From Rhynchobatus australiae (Eukaryota), in NCBI GenBank assembly GCA_034780895.1, contig JAUZTB010000107.1:98073831-98137830 (forward strand): a DNA stretch of 64,000 nt, written 5' to 3'. Positions 12,901 to 27,000 of the stretch are shown here, piece after piece (the first letter of the stretch is position 1; every line of letters begins with the position of its first letter). The notes beneath the pieces were generated by a model. That model worked only from the letters and a program-made list of their open reading frames with translations. It was not told the DNA's origin and did no database searches. Position numbers and translations under genes: made by a program.

Positions 12901-15900
12901 ATAAAACACAAACCACTCCAAATCATAGCGTTCTCATTGAGTAGATTGATTAATATCTGAACAGAATTCTGTCCTAATAGCCTTAGAGCTTAGATAAAGA
13001 AGAAAGAGCATTTTTTCTATAAATTTTTACAAATTTGTAAAAATTGTAAAAGTCAGATTTTTACAAATTTGTAAAAAATTTTATGAGGTAACATAAATAT
13101 AATAAATGGCATGAAATTAAATGGATTATTTGGNNNNNNNNNNNNNNNNNNNNNNNNNNNNNNNNNNNNNNNNNNNNNNNNNNNNNNNNNNNGAAGTGTC
13201 ATTCTGCTCTGGAGTCACATTGATTCAAGACTCACAAGGCAACTTTACAACAGTTGCAAAAATCATTTTACAATTAAACAAATTTGCATCCTTAAATTCT
13301 GTTGAGATTAAATTCACATCTTTGGAATACAGTGACTACTGACAAAAAGGATGGAGAAATTCTCCATATCATCAGAAAACAGAGCTGAATTTTCCATTTT
13401 AGATGTCATTTTAACGCCAGTGATTTGTACTTTGAATTAAGTGGGTTTTCATTGCCATTACAATAACATTGATCAAAATAAAATGTAGGCTGCTATATTT
13501 TGTTGTATATGCATTGCTTTACAATTGAGAATGAAATATTGGAGCTGATCTGTAGGAGTGTGATAATGGTGAACTAATATCAATAAATATACCTGAACCA
13601 TTAACCCCTGTGTAATTTAGTTATAATGTCATTTGAACAATGATTTGTTGATATCAGCATCTGCATTTTATAAAAGCAGCTGTTTTAAATAAATTTATCA
13701 AAATTAAATATATTAAAAGCTCTGTTAGAATAAAAAAACAAGGTCACTTCATGGCNNNNNNNNNNNNNNNNNNNNNNNNNNNNNNNNNNNNNNNNNNNNN
13801 NNNNNNNNNNNNNNNNNNNNNNNNNNNNNNNNNNNNNNNNNNNNNNNNNNNNNNNNNNNNNNNNNNNNNNNNNNNNNNNNNNNNNNNNNNNNNNNNNNNN
13901 NNNNNNNNNNNNNNNNNNNNNNNNNNNNNNNNNNNNNNNNNNNNNNNNNNNNNNNNNNNNNNNNNNNNNNNNNNNNNNNNNNNNNNNNNNNNNNNNNNNN
14001 NNNNNNNNCAATTGCTGATATTTAGACAAGCATAGATTTCCTTGTTCTTGTGCAGGGGTAAAGGGCATTATCTGATATCAGAAGAAAATCAGGGGATAGG
14101 ATCATGGGATCCAAAGATATTCTATCTACTCTTCCATTAATGTTTGTAAAATCAAGCAGAATCCCTAGGAGTATATTATTCCCCCAATGGATATGCTCTG
14201 TGTATCCAGGTGATCGAATAAATGTTAGTGCATGAACAGGAAAAGTCTATCCGTAATTCTTCATCTTGGAGAATATGGTAGAAACTGGTGTACCTATTTT
14301 TCTTGACTTATTTTGTATTAGTGCCACAGAATCAAGATGGAATAATGATCCTGGGTTCTGGGTCCCCTTTGGTGTTGCACAAACAAGCCATGTTTGAACT
14401 TAGACCATGAGTACAAGAATGTGCCATGACAGAGGAAGCAACAGTGCAAGAGTAGTCTTCCCCACAGAGCCTCCAAGTGCAAACAACAGAATATGTTGTA
14501 AAGTTATGGGGGTTCAATCCTGCTTAATTTTTCCCACCCTTATTGTGACACATTGACATCAATTGTAGGATTGCTATTTGCTCTGGCTATATGATAGATT
14601 TCAGAAGATTTCAGTACAGATAAAGAATCAGCAGTGGGGCTGTATGTCTATCTGTTCAGTTCTATTTAATTAATGATTCTGGAATACTCATCCAGTACAC
14701 TGCAGTGTCACCCAAGACCTGCTTTTACTATTATAATCTACTCATGGATTCAGCTGTAAAACTGAAAGGAATTATTGGAAGTCACGGTATACCAACACAA
14801 GGTAACATTCAGTTGCTGAGATCTTCACAAACCAGTAAACTATAAAACATGAACCAATTATAATTGCTATTCATAATTACTCATTGAAAAGTATGTTACT
14901 TTATATATTGAACACCTTCACCTCTTCCACATTATTATATACCTAAACTTGGTTGTGCTAAATTGCTTTGTTGCTTGAACATGTGTAGCATCAGATGGAA
15001 CTCTATCAGTTGTTTAATATTAGGTTGGATGCTGCTGAGATAATTTCTAAACAATACATTAATGTTATTCTTTACAATTACATTCTTAATAATTAATTAC
15101 TCACAAGATATTGAACAACTGTGGCAAAGCAAATTACTAAATGCACTCAATCAAATGAAAGATTTGATTGGCTGCATCAATGACTTTGAAACCATATTAA
15201 AAATCTCTATGATAAAAATTACTGCAATCTACAAAAGGAGTTAATGAATTTTCTGTCATGTTTGCTAAAGGAACCAAAGCCCTTCAATGGATGAAAATTC
15301 TTCATGATGCCTCCTGTTTTATTCCATCTCTTGCCATCTCATAATTGGTAGATTATGATTGTTTTATGGATATGAATTTTTCTAATGCATTCAAAGTGGT
15401 GTTTGATTTTTTTAATATTACAATTCAAGTGGGTGGGAAAAGTATTACTTCAGCCATCTTTCCAAGCAATATTTGTTGAAGAAAGGGAATAATGTTAGAA
15501 TGGCCCAGTAAAATTCACAGTTTTTGATAGGCCACTGAGTATATCAGTCCCTGCTACAATCTATGTATGTTGTTTATATTTTGAAAGCAATATTGGTTGA
15601 AAGAACACTCCCCATCTTTCACTCTGGTTACTTACTAACAACTAGATTATGTAATTATTACTCCTGAAAAGGTTAAACAATATAATTAAGATGCTAATCA
15701 TTCACATTTTTTCCAGTTTTTCATCTTTCTGTCTTTATATTTAATATAAAATCAGTATCTCTATGGTGATACATGTTGTTCCAACTCGACAAAATTCACC
15801 TCCACTTTAAGGAAACAAGACAAATTATTGCATTTTCTAATAATTTAATGATCATTCTCCAAGCATTATAGCAGCAGCATTTTGAATTGGCATCTGTTTT

Positions 15901-16990
15901 TTTTATATGAAACAAATAATTACTGTATTTAAATGTAGGTTACACTTAATTCATTGCAGAAAAATAAACAGACACAAATTATTAGTAGGTTGACATTTAT
16001 GGCATCATTATTATTTCATGCTGTCTTACTTATTTCTAGATTGACAAGGATAGATATAAAATATATTACGTAGAATAAATATCCATGAGCGAATGCAAGA
16101 CAGTAATGTCATTACTAAATACAGCAGCATAAAGTTTGGGAAGAGTATTTAAATTAATTATAAGAAAAGAAACAGTACAATCATAATAAGTTAATTTTTG
16201 AAATGTTTAAAGATTTTTTTCAGGAATGAAAAATAGTCCGGGTATTGCGAGAGGAATTTGACTTTGATTATGATTTATTATTAATCCAGCAAGAATGTTG
16301 CGACAGATAAAACGGAACGGGTTATCCGATGTTACTGAAACCTGGTGATATTATTTATTCTACTAGTAATGTCAGCTAACCAGTACAAATTTATGGAGTA
16401 ATGGAAGGTTGATTACTATGAAGCAACATATTTAAAGAAATTACAAACTGCATATATCCAATCAAACGTCTACCCAATCAATTCTACCGAAATATTACAA
16501 ATGTTCTCCTATTTATATTCTGCAGTATAAACTGTTTCGTGGAACAACTTTTTTCATGGATGCTAAATTGTAACATACAAAAATGCTTTCAAAGCAACTG
16601 CACGTTTTTTTTTAATTTCCCGAAGATTGTTGAGACTTTTCACATTCCAGAAGCACATTGGGGAGTAAGATAAAGGGCAAATAGTGTGCACTGTTCGCTG
16701 CATTCACCAGAACAGAAAAGAGTTCCCCAAGCCAAATGTTTTCAAGGTATACATTACCTTATGGTCAATAACTTTGAATTTAATTGTCAATACGAAAAGT
16801 AATTAGAAACGGTGAACCATAGTTTACACGCCCGAAAGAAGGTTTTGCATTTTGCGACATTCTTCACATACCTCTCCTTTTATATCTGGACCTTGTTTTC
16901 CATTCATTTGCTGCAGGGCACACACCAAAGACCGTGCTAAAAAAAATACAAAAAAAAGTATTCCAACGCTGTAACTCAATTCAACCCACT

Positions 16991-19121
16991 TTTATTTTAA
17001 GAATTATTATGCCACAAAAGTATTCAAGCCCACACTTTCCATTGAAAATTGAATAGGTGAGGAACGTTTTGTTGCTAAAGGCGAACGTTTGCACAGTTCT
17101 CTTGACAACGGCAAAAATTCAAAAGTCTTTCTAGCTTTTTGTTGCTGCCCATATACTTCACAAATCAATTGAATATGACTGAGTGCCAATCACCATGGGT
17201 TTATTACCCATTCTAACCAGCACAATAGGACCATACTCACAGAGAAAACGGAAGTTTTCTACATTTTGGACGCTGAAGAATGGTTTCAGTGGGCCAAAGA
17301 TGCTCAGAATTTCGGGGATGGAGTGGAAATCGACATCTCATTACTCAGATTTCCATGAGTACAAATAAAATAAAACGTCCAGCAAAGGTATTCAAAATGA
17401 TTATTACATTTATGTAACTAATTATAACACTAAGATTTTAAAACCAATCCCCCATGCTTCTACTTTGATCCAACTCAATGTGAAGAGGGGATGTTTAACT
17501 AAAACTTTATAAATTATCGAGAGACCAATTTAAATTAGGCTTATCATCTAATATTCTTTAGATTGGTTTGGACTCCAAATCGCACGAAGAAACATTCGTA
17601 TTTTGAGCCAACTGTTTAGCTTCAGTTGCGAGGGTATGCATTAAGCATCAGCTTTAATTTCTTTGTGGAATGTGTAAGCTCTACATGTCCTACAATCTGT
17701 TCTAATGTTACTGGCAACTTTCTCTTCGTTTTCTTTCGCTTCTCTTTTTCTTTCATTAAATCTTTAAAAGGCTAGAAAACCGAGGCCCCCTGGTTACAAC
17801 TGAACAAAAGCTGCTTTTCCTCACTTTTTTTTTAAACAATCCGACTTTTGGACGCTGTATTCGTTTTATTTTATTACTAGTTGATAAGTTATATATTAAA
17901 GTTCTGAACGCTACATAGGAAAATCACTCTTTTCTGGTTTGAAATACTGAGTCCGTTTGTGTTGCTACCCAGTTTTTTGTGCATACTTGTGTCTTAAACA
18001 ATCCATCAGACAACAGCTGGGTTGCCGTGTGGTCTTTGCTTATCATTGTCCACTTGTTTTTGTCTCTTTTTAACTAGCTTTTCATTCCTTTTTACTTCGT
18101 GTTTACCATTTATTCAATTTGAGTCAACTCCAGCAGCACAAGTGTTTTTGAAGAGCTGCAATTCAAAGCGTCCCGTGTAACCTTTCAAAGTCATTTAAGC
18201 TTCCCTTAATTTTTCTGTCACCTAAATAAGCCATCAAGGCTTTTAAAAGCTCATGATCCTTGATTGAAATTGGTGTGGGTCCATGCTTGTTTTTTGTGTC
18301 ATGATACTGCTACCAACTTTCACAGAGACAACTTGGGACAAAAAGAACCACTGTTTAACAAGATAATTCTTGCCTCCCCTTTTACTTCTGTCTTTTACTT
18401 CCTTTCCTATTGTCCAAGCCCTCCTTTCTTTTGGGGCTTTTATCAACGTGATTCTTTTCTCACCCTTTTTTTTTGCTCAAAATCTATTCTGAAGCAGGCC
18501 ATGCCTTTGTGATTGTCAGAAAATGTCTGGAGTGTCATCCCTCCAAAAGGAATGGGGGAAAGGGAGGATTCTGGACCGCAATGTTGCCCATGCATGCAGA
18601 ACATCCCAATCTGTTTTTGTGCATTCAGTTGGTAAGGTTCAGCAGGGATCTTCCACTTGGTCTAGTTCAGGACAATGGGAGGCTGGCCAGCTGCACAGGC
18701 ACCACAAAGGGTTCAGACTTCTGTGAACCGTGTTTACTTAGGGCTCTCTTTCTGACCTGCAAGTAACACTTGTTTCTTATACATATACTTATCCAATATC
18801 GTTAAAATAAGATATAGTATCCCTTGTCGGACTATCCGATCTGAACCAGAAATATACCATAAACTGTGTCTACAATGGCAACAACCAGATGTCGNNNNNN
18901 NNNNNNNNNNNNNNNNNNNNNNNNNNNNNNNNNNNNNNNNNNNNNNNNNNNNNNNNNNNNNNNNNNNNNNNNNNNNNNNNNNNNNNNNNNNNNNNNNNNN
19001 NNNNNNNNNNNNNNNNNNNNNNNNNNNNNNNNNNNNNNNNNNNNNNNNNNNNNNNNNNNNNNNNNNNNNNNNNNNNNNNNNNNNNNNNNNNNNNNNNNNN
19101 NNNNNNNNNNNNNNNNNNNNN

Positions 19122-19196
<75 letters not shown>

Positions 19197-20707
19197 ATTT
19201 TATATTGCATTCTATCTATCTTTTATATTGCATTCTATCTATCTATCTATCTTGTATTAATACATTGAAGCATGTATGTTATGTCTATGTACATATCTTC
19301 TTTAGAAGCTTTCAGTGTTTATTGATCTAAGCACCTAGCAAAAGTCAGAGATATTCAAAAAGCAAAATATAAATCATCATGTAAAGAACGGAAATGTGTA
19401 TTTATGAATCTTTTTAAAAAGAATGTATCTATATCTGTGCAGATTTGATTTAAAATTAATATCCCAACTCTTTTATCATTTGTCTCTCCTTGCCTAGCAA
19501 AGAGGTTCTACGCCATTAAATCGATGATGGCATTATTTACAGCGCATTTTTACTGTCCATTTTGAAATATTATTCGAGTATTTTATCGTCCTTTTGAATG
19601 TTATGAAACTTATTATTACTTGATTTTGCCAAAGCTTTAAGTGTGGATGATACCACACAGGCTGGAGTCACTTTGGGTATTTCTCCGTGCACTTTGAACA
19701 GTTCTATTTGATAATTGATTCTGATTTGTTTTCCTCAATCCTTCAAAACTTTGATATTGTGGACATCATCCTGCCTGTCAGTTGTTGTAAACCTAAACAT
19801 AGCTGAACAATATGCATTAGTCTTTCTTTTTATTTCAGGATTGTTAATAGCAGAAAACGTTTTCTATATCATATGAACTTAATTCAGACTGTACTAGAAT
19901 GTTAAAAGAATCTATCTATTGATCATGGTGTTCCAGATATACCAACTTCTCATAATATACTGCAATTCTTTTTGATTCATTTTCATAACATTTTAAAATG
20001 CATTTTAGGTGGTCACTGGGAAAAGATATCAGCACTTTGGTTTGGATTGGTCTTTGATTTTTGTAAAGAATGCAGCTCTCATTAATAAATACTAAATGTA
20101 GGTACCGCAAGATGCACTACCAAGTGTTTGCCCTGTATGCTCTTGTGTTTTTTTACAACTGATAGGGATAAGAATGTTACTTACTCTTTTAAGTTACAGT
20201 TCAGTGTATATATATTCTCTAATTGTAGTGGTATCTGGGAATGTGTCGTTGTGTTTGTTTTTCCCCCTCTTTGTCATTAATATGCATTTGCAGAACAAAG
20301 TAGTAATAATGCACGGGCTCTAACACTGTTATTTGAATGTCATGCATGCACATTGGCCAGACTGATGCGATGTTTATGCCTTCATCAGCACCTGCTGAAG
20401 TGTTGGTTTTGACTGATTTGGGGGGTGAAGTTTCGACAGCACTTCCCTTGAAATTGGGATTCAGACTTGAAATGAAGCCAAGCACTTTGGAGTCCACCTC
20501 GTACATCTTTGATTCAGAGCCGCATCTAACTCCCAGGAGCGTTCGCTTTGATCTCTTTGATTTTTCACCAGATCTGTTATGCAGTAAATTCCTAGGTTTT
20601 CCATAGAAACATCTTCTTTCCTTTTGCGATATTGATGTTTTCTTCTTCGTAGGGGTTATGATATGGTGAATCAGATTTAGAAAAGCTCGGACAATGCCGG
20701 TATTCAT
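16991..20707 (-). pseudogene. Candidate decayed or fast-evolving spliced gene encoding a Lys/Arg/Ser-rich protein of unknown family
   Basis: 162-aa ORF from ACCATG (20707); donor gtaagt at 20184; acceptors at 19793/19792 and 18757/18756; chains of minus-strand frames broken by single stops or frameshifts; last stop 17007-17009 followed by AATAAA 16996-16991. No homology recognised. Confidence 0.35.
19122..19196. repeat. (TATC)n / GATA microsatellite
   Basis: Perfect tetranucleotide run next to a gap; degenerate continuation to ~19250. Confidence 0.95.
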
Positions 20708-20829
20708 GGTCTGCTTTTTTTTTGTAACCCCCGAAATGAATCAAAATACTGTTTATTCTGTTGCTCTTTACTCTAGTCAGTTCAGCTGCCTTTCAACATT
20801 TTAAACTCTTTGTAACACCAGCAGGTTGC

Positions 20830-20843
20830 GTTGCCATGACAAT
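20830..20843. promoter_or_regulatory. RFX X-box motif
   Basis: GTTGCCATGACAAT versus the palindromic consensus GTTGCCATGGCAAC (12/14). Confidence 0.5.
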
Positions 20844-23800
20844 CTACTGTATGGTGAGCCCGAAAGACAATGACTTTCAAGAGCCTGAAAAGTGAGTTTT
20901 CGCTTTCCACGCAGCCACTTCCGATGGAGGAAGGCTTCTCTCGCGGCTTCTCTGAGAGATCGTCAGCTTGTCATTCTAACAATGTACATCTTCGGGTCGC
21001 CAACTTTTTTTTCTTCCTTTTGATCTGCGATGCTAAAAAGGGGAAAGCAGTCAATGAAAAATAACCAAGGCGCTAACAAGACTGCCCACCCCCCACAACC
21101 CCCGCCAACTCTCCTTCCCTTTTATCCTGAAGAAATATTTAATGCCACAGGCTCACTGAAGCTCCTTCAGTGAAATAACTTACCAAAACTTTCTGTCAGG
21201 TTATTATCAAAACTTTTACCTGGAGTTTGCGAGAGATATTAAGTACATACATTGCTTAGAGAAATCACTGCCCTGGCGAAAAGCAAATGAGAATGCAATG
21301 GTAATGTGGGGTTTTTTTTTGCATTTATGACATAGAACGAGCGATAGTTTCTGAGGTAGATTTCCCAGATATTGCTTCCACCCAACTGGACACCATCAAA
21401 GCCCACAGTCCCTTCCTGAAGTACAATATTTGAGTTAGATGTTGATCTTTCACCCCTGGCACCCTGCTCCCTCCCACCACCTCTAACTAAGCACGAAGGA
21501 CGCCAAAATAAACACGACTGGTCGTTTTATTGCCTCCAGTGCTCTCTTAAACTTGACTTTTGATGCAACCCACCATGGAACTCTTTACAAATGCATCTTT
21601 AAAAAAAATAAAAGCAGCGGGCTCGTGCTTCGTCTGCAACACCCTGCTTTGCTTTATCGATTAACAGGTTCTTAACATTGTTTATCGCCCGAGGTCAGCG
21701 AACACAAAATAAAAGGGGATGGGGTGGGTTGGAGGGGGAGGTGGGAGGGAGATCATTGATAAAGTTATTGCAATTCCTTGAGGCGCTCAGAGTACTTTCT
21801 CCCCCTGTTGCTGGATGCCCCGGTGACAAGGAGCAGCCTCCGGATCTAGAGTAAAAAAAGTTATCGGCTCTCTGTGCACATGTGCTACCTGACATACTGC
21901 AATGGCGTCTGCAGCTCGGTACAAAATGAAAAGAACCCTTTCATGTAACGGAATCTAATAAATCTTAACATTTCCTCACTAACTTATTGGACGTACGTCA
22001 ACCCTACCCCCACCGCCCATATTAAGAGGTCACCACAGACACGCATCATGCTAGAATCTCTTTTTAAAAGTTCCAATCAATTATTGAAGTCAATTCAATC
22101 TTGATCCAAATCACTTGAAGTTTTGTTGGTGAGTGACCTTATTGGGGTCAAGTGTGTCAGTGATTTTTAAAGCGAATATTAATCTTTTCAGGACTGTGAA
22201 TGCGCTATAAATGGAGTCATGATTCATGTGTCCTATACATAACTTAGCCGCTTTGTACTCTGTAATGTTTTCTGTGTGCGTGTATATAGAAGGGAAAGTG
22301 TGGCAAATTGTTTCATTAAAATAAAACCCTTTTAGGCTTTGAAGAGATAACACGTTTGAGGGAATTGTGTGATTTTTACTTGATATTTTTTATAAAGAAA
22401 GCTTTGAGCTATCGGAGTTTACGACAGAAAAATGTTTTACTTTGGTGAAAGTAAACTCCAGCGGTGCAGTATTTAAAAGCTGATTACTTTTGCTGCCTAA
22501 ATCACCTCTGTCCGTTTTACTTGTGAAGCTCATATGACATTTGCACAGGTGATGTTTAAAACCTGCGTTGTTGCTCTAATGGTCTGCGAATCTTTACTCC
22601 GCTGTAGATATATACGGGAGATATATAATAAATGGCTTGATTGATTAGAGATAGAGATGTTTTATTGCCAACACATTCCCTGCTCATTTTATGGCAGCCA
22701 TTTCTGTTAAGTGTATGGCCCTTCACTCATTATCACTATCCTCACCACTGCAGACGCTAATCTGTTAACTGCCCATCTCTCAGCTAGAGTCGAACCAGTT
22801 ATGTGCTCAAGAAGCTCATCAAGAAATCCTAGAGTGTCATTATTGTAAATATCGCCTTTTCCAGATTAATTAGATCTCGTACTGTAGCAAACTTTCTATT
22901 CACTCCTGCTAAGTATATAACCCTAGCAAGAGCATAAAGCAGAATGCAAAAAAAAATCATTTTGCACTAAGCAGAAAGGCGCTATGTCGTTAGAATGGGA
23001 CATTACTTAAGTATTTTTGATGTGGCTTTGGGCAACAACACTTTACTTGGCTTATGAAGGGATATCGCAGATTAGACCTGAAGGCTAGATGATCAGTGTA
23101 CGAAGAGATAATGTTTGCAAAGAGGCGGATGTAAAATCTTACCCAGTTTGCTCTAAGCATTCATCGTAAAAACCTCAAAGGTGTTTTCTCCAGGCGCCAA
23201 ACAATGTATATAACTCCATCTTGGAGAAGAAGTTCTCAAACGTGTGGAAAAAAGATGACGTTTGTTTTAGCTGCTCTTTTAACAATTTGAGTTAAGGTGA
23301 TTGTATTAGGGGTCTAGAGGCGACACGCGGAAAGTAGTATTAAATCATTATATTTCCTGCATTAACTGAATACCAAGCAATCTCATCATTCGTCTTCTTC
23401 ACACTTTAGTATGTTCCAAAAGTTGTAAGAATCAACGCAGAAAAAGATGTCCAAAAACTAATCGAAGTGTGACATGTTCAAAGAAAATGTCAGTTAGCCA
23501 ATTGATCTTACGACTACTCATTGATTTGTTCTATTCCTTACAAATATTATGTTTCTATTACACAAGAAATTCTGCAGATGCTGAAGGTGCAGATGTTTGT
23601 GCTACTCATGATTCATAACTATAGTTCAAGACTTTAAAATGAACATTCAAATATATCGCACTGAAATTAGAATCGTTTAATACCACCTCATTAAAAATAT
23701 CTTCAAATCTCAATTGTCGGTGATTAGCCAGGACACTCTGATTCCCTGTTAAAGTGGGATGATACAATTAGAAAGGAGAATCCCTAATTTCAACTTTGNN

Positions 23801-24052
23801 NNNNNNNNCAATGAAAACATAGTATCCATGTGAATCAGGAATAGTATATGTCAATGTTTTATTGAGTTAAACCAAATATTTGAGGTATACTGGATGATTG
23901 GCGCACAAAACGGAAAATAATTAATACTAATGATCTGAATCAAGAGTTCAGTAGTAGAGAGTATATGAAAATCCAGTCCACGAAGTCCAATACATGTTGA
24001 CTAAGATCCCCTCACAGCAACACTTGCATTTGGAATAGATATGAGAGAGGAA

Positions 24053-24082
24053 GTGTGTGTGTGTGAGTGAGAGAGAGAGAGA
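24053..24082. repeat. (GT)n(GA)n compound microsatellite
   Basis: gtgtgtgtgtgtgagtgagagagagagaga. Confidence 0.85.
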
Positions 24083-27000
24083 AAAGAGGAAATTGATTGT
24101 ATAATTGAGATACAAAACGTTTTTATACTATTTTATAGGGATAGGGGCGGTTGGGCGACAGAAAACCCGGTGAACTACTGTTATTTTGCAGATTTACGTG
24201 AATGGGAGAAAAAGGTTTTTTGTATGTGTGAAAAACTGACATTTTCTGAGGATAGCAAAANNNNNNNNNNNNNNNNNNNNNNNNNNNNNNNNNNNNNNNN
24301 NNNNNNNNNNNNNNNNNNNNNNNNNNNNNNNNNNNNNNNNNNNNNNNNNNNNNNNNNNNNNNNNNNNNNNNNNNNNNNNNNNNNNNNNNNNNNNNNNNNN
24401 NNNNNNNNNNNNNNNNNNNNNNNNNNNNNNNNNNNNNNNNNTGGACTGTCGTTAGGGGTAAAGTTTTTCCCACTGTTTGAAAGGAGAAGGGAAACCAGAG
24501 TAGGTGTTATTTCTGATTTTCTTTTAAGTATTCTAGTGGATAGATTGAACACAGTGGTAACTGTATGAATCTGCAACTCTTACATTGTTTTTACTTTGTT
24601 CCCCCCGCTCTCTGTCAATCATCCATCCAACGATTTGCAGCTGTAATTTATTAGAAGTTTGTATGTCTAAATTTACCTTTTTTCTCTGTATTGGCATATT
24701 TCTTCTCGCTCAATCCCTCTCTCTTTCTCTTTCCACTTATTTATTCATCCCTATTGTTATCTAAAACATTCATTTAGTATTGGGCTATGGATAATGGGGT
24801 TGTTGAAATCTCTACACCACGCAGCATGGGGGCACTCCTGTCAGGACTGATTGTATTTTAGGCAAACATTTGTGCAAACAAATCAATAAACTAGGGTCAA
24901 CTTCTATTCGGAACAATTGTTTGCTAGTTCAACTATCTAGTCATCTAGTTAGGGTTCAAGGACCTGGAATACACAGTTGCATTGACCTTATCTGGGGGCC
25001 ATGTTTGCGTGCATTTTGTATGCTTATTTACATTCTTCATTAACATGGATACCTCTTTCCCTCCCCCGTCCCAAATTACCCCAACAAAAAAAAGTTCAGA
25101 AAGCACAAGTTGGGAAGTGTTTGGAATTGCATCACCTGCACTCCGGAACCTCGACACAATATCGATTTACTTTCGAGGTTTAGACTATACCAGTCAGTAG
25201 GATGTTGGAAACATTTTGACGTCCTCTTTAATAGTACTGAAGGGGGGTGGGGCACGTTTTCAACTTTAAAGAGAAACTATGATTCTATGTTAAATTACGC
25301 ATGCTTGTTTATTAATTTGGACTGGAATATTTAGAGTAAGATCGTGAATTTGGCTGTTAAAATTATACTTTATGCGGTAAAATATTTTGAGTTATGACTA
25401 AGTTTGGTTAAATACGAATTAAAATGTTTATTCTTGGCGTGTTTAAGCAGAGTGTTACGTTTAAGTATATTTGGTAAGGAGACTCGCCGTGCCCCGCATT
25501 TAAGGCATCCACTAAATCTCCTTTGGAAATTTTGAATTATTTTTAATCCCGTATTTTCTTTCCTTAACGCGTTTGTTTTAAATAGGTAACTGTAGCAATT
25601 CTCGCATTGCAAAGCTTGGAAACTAATGTGTTGATAAATTTCAGGCATTTTGGTAATTAGATTTACATTAGAAGTGGTCGTGTCAACGTTCATTGTGAGG
25701 TACACCAGTATTAATCATAATATCCTTTATTATTAAATTCTAACTTTCATGCCAAAAAGGGAGAGTCAATGGTCCACAATAAAGTTGCCTACTTCTAAAG
25801 ACGGGATAGGATTTGTTACGTTTAGGCCATATCAAAGAAATTGATCATCAACCTTGGAGACATTGAACATATCATAAACTTAAATATTATACATTTATAT
25901 ATTTGAAAATTCTTTGTTTTGTTATATGGCAAATGCACCCGGTATTCTTAAGCGAAATAATCTTTTTGTGGGATGGGTTCCAAAAGTCAACAATCTTAGT
26001 TGAACATATATTTGAAACTATTCTCTGCTGCAAATTCGTACCCTATTCTTGTCCTGTACTATTTGGTTGGTGTGGCGCTGTCCTGCATTCCCTCTTCATT
26101 TATGGTTTCAATGTTTTCTTCTGATTTACAAATCATCAGTGGTTTCCAATATATATGAAATCGCGGTATTAACTGGTGTTACGCATCACCTAACCAAACC
26201 GTGCAACCCTTCGTGTTCTGTGTGTCTTTAAGCGATTGAATGATATTCTATTTCCAAACCAGACCACTCAACAGCCCAACATTTCTCTTAATACTTAATT
26301 TAAAAGGGGATGAGTTGGGAATGTTTCTGCTAAAGACTTGATAGCGAGTGTAAGATCCTGATAATGATACGGTATATAACCCAAGACTCTATTTATACCA
26401 TTGCCGAAACTAATTAGTTTAACTACTAGTTAGAGGTAGGTTCAGGTGATAAGATCCTCAGTCTATAAATCTGTCCTGGTATTTAAACGTAAAGCACTTT
26501 AATTTTATGTGCGTCTTAGATCCATCCTTATACATTAAATGGGGATCCGCGTCTCCCGGTGTTTTAGCCTCTGTGTACAATGTTTATCGGCAAACTAATT
26601 TAAATAACTGACTTCATGGTTGCTGCGAGTTCCCAAACGTAATATTCTACCACAGAACGACTTTCATAAGTGTGATGTTGTTCCTGTTGGCCGTTCCAGC
26701 CGGTTCTGTGCATTGCCCTTGCATTACTGAGCTTCACCTATAAATTGGTCTGTGGTAATTATTGAAGAATTAATCATATTCAATACACACATGAATGCAA
26801 TATTTCTAACAAAAGCCATCGATGTTTTGGAATGAACGTTATGGCCGGTTATTTCAATAGAGAAAAAAAATCACTGCAGCTCCTCCCCCTCCAATACCAT
26901 AACCGCCCCACCAAATTATTTTAACTTTAACTTTTCCCTCTTATGGTTGCAGGAAGTTCTACGTTTAGAGTTAGCTTTTTGTGGCCATCCATTCCTGGGA

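Noticed and set aside
18866-19330. ORF with SIYL repeats
   Set aside because: Translation of the (TATC)n microsatellite
21153-21173. 9-bp stem hairpin tcactgaag-ctc-cttcagtga
   Set aside because: Short enough to arise by chance in 64 kb; no supporting context
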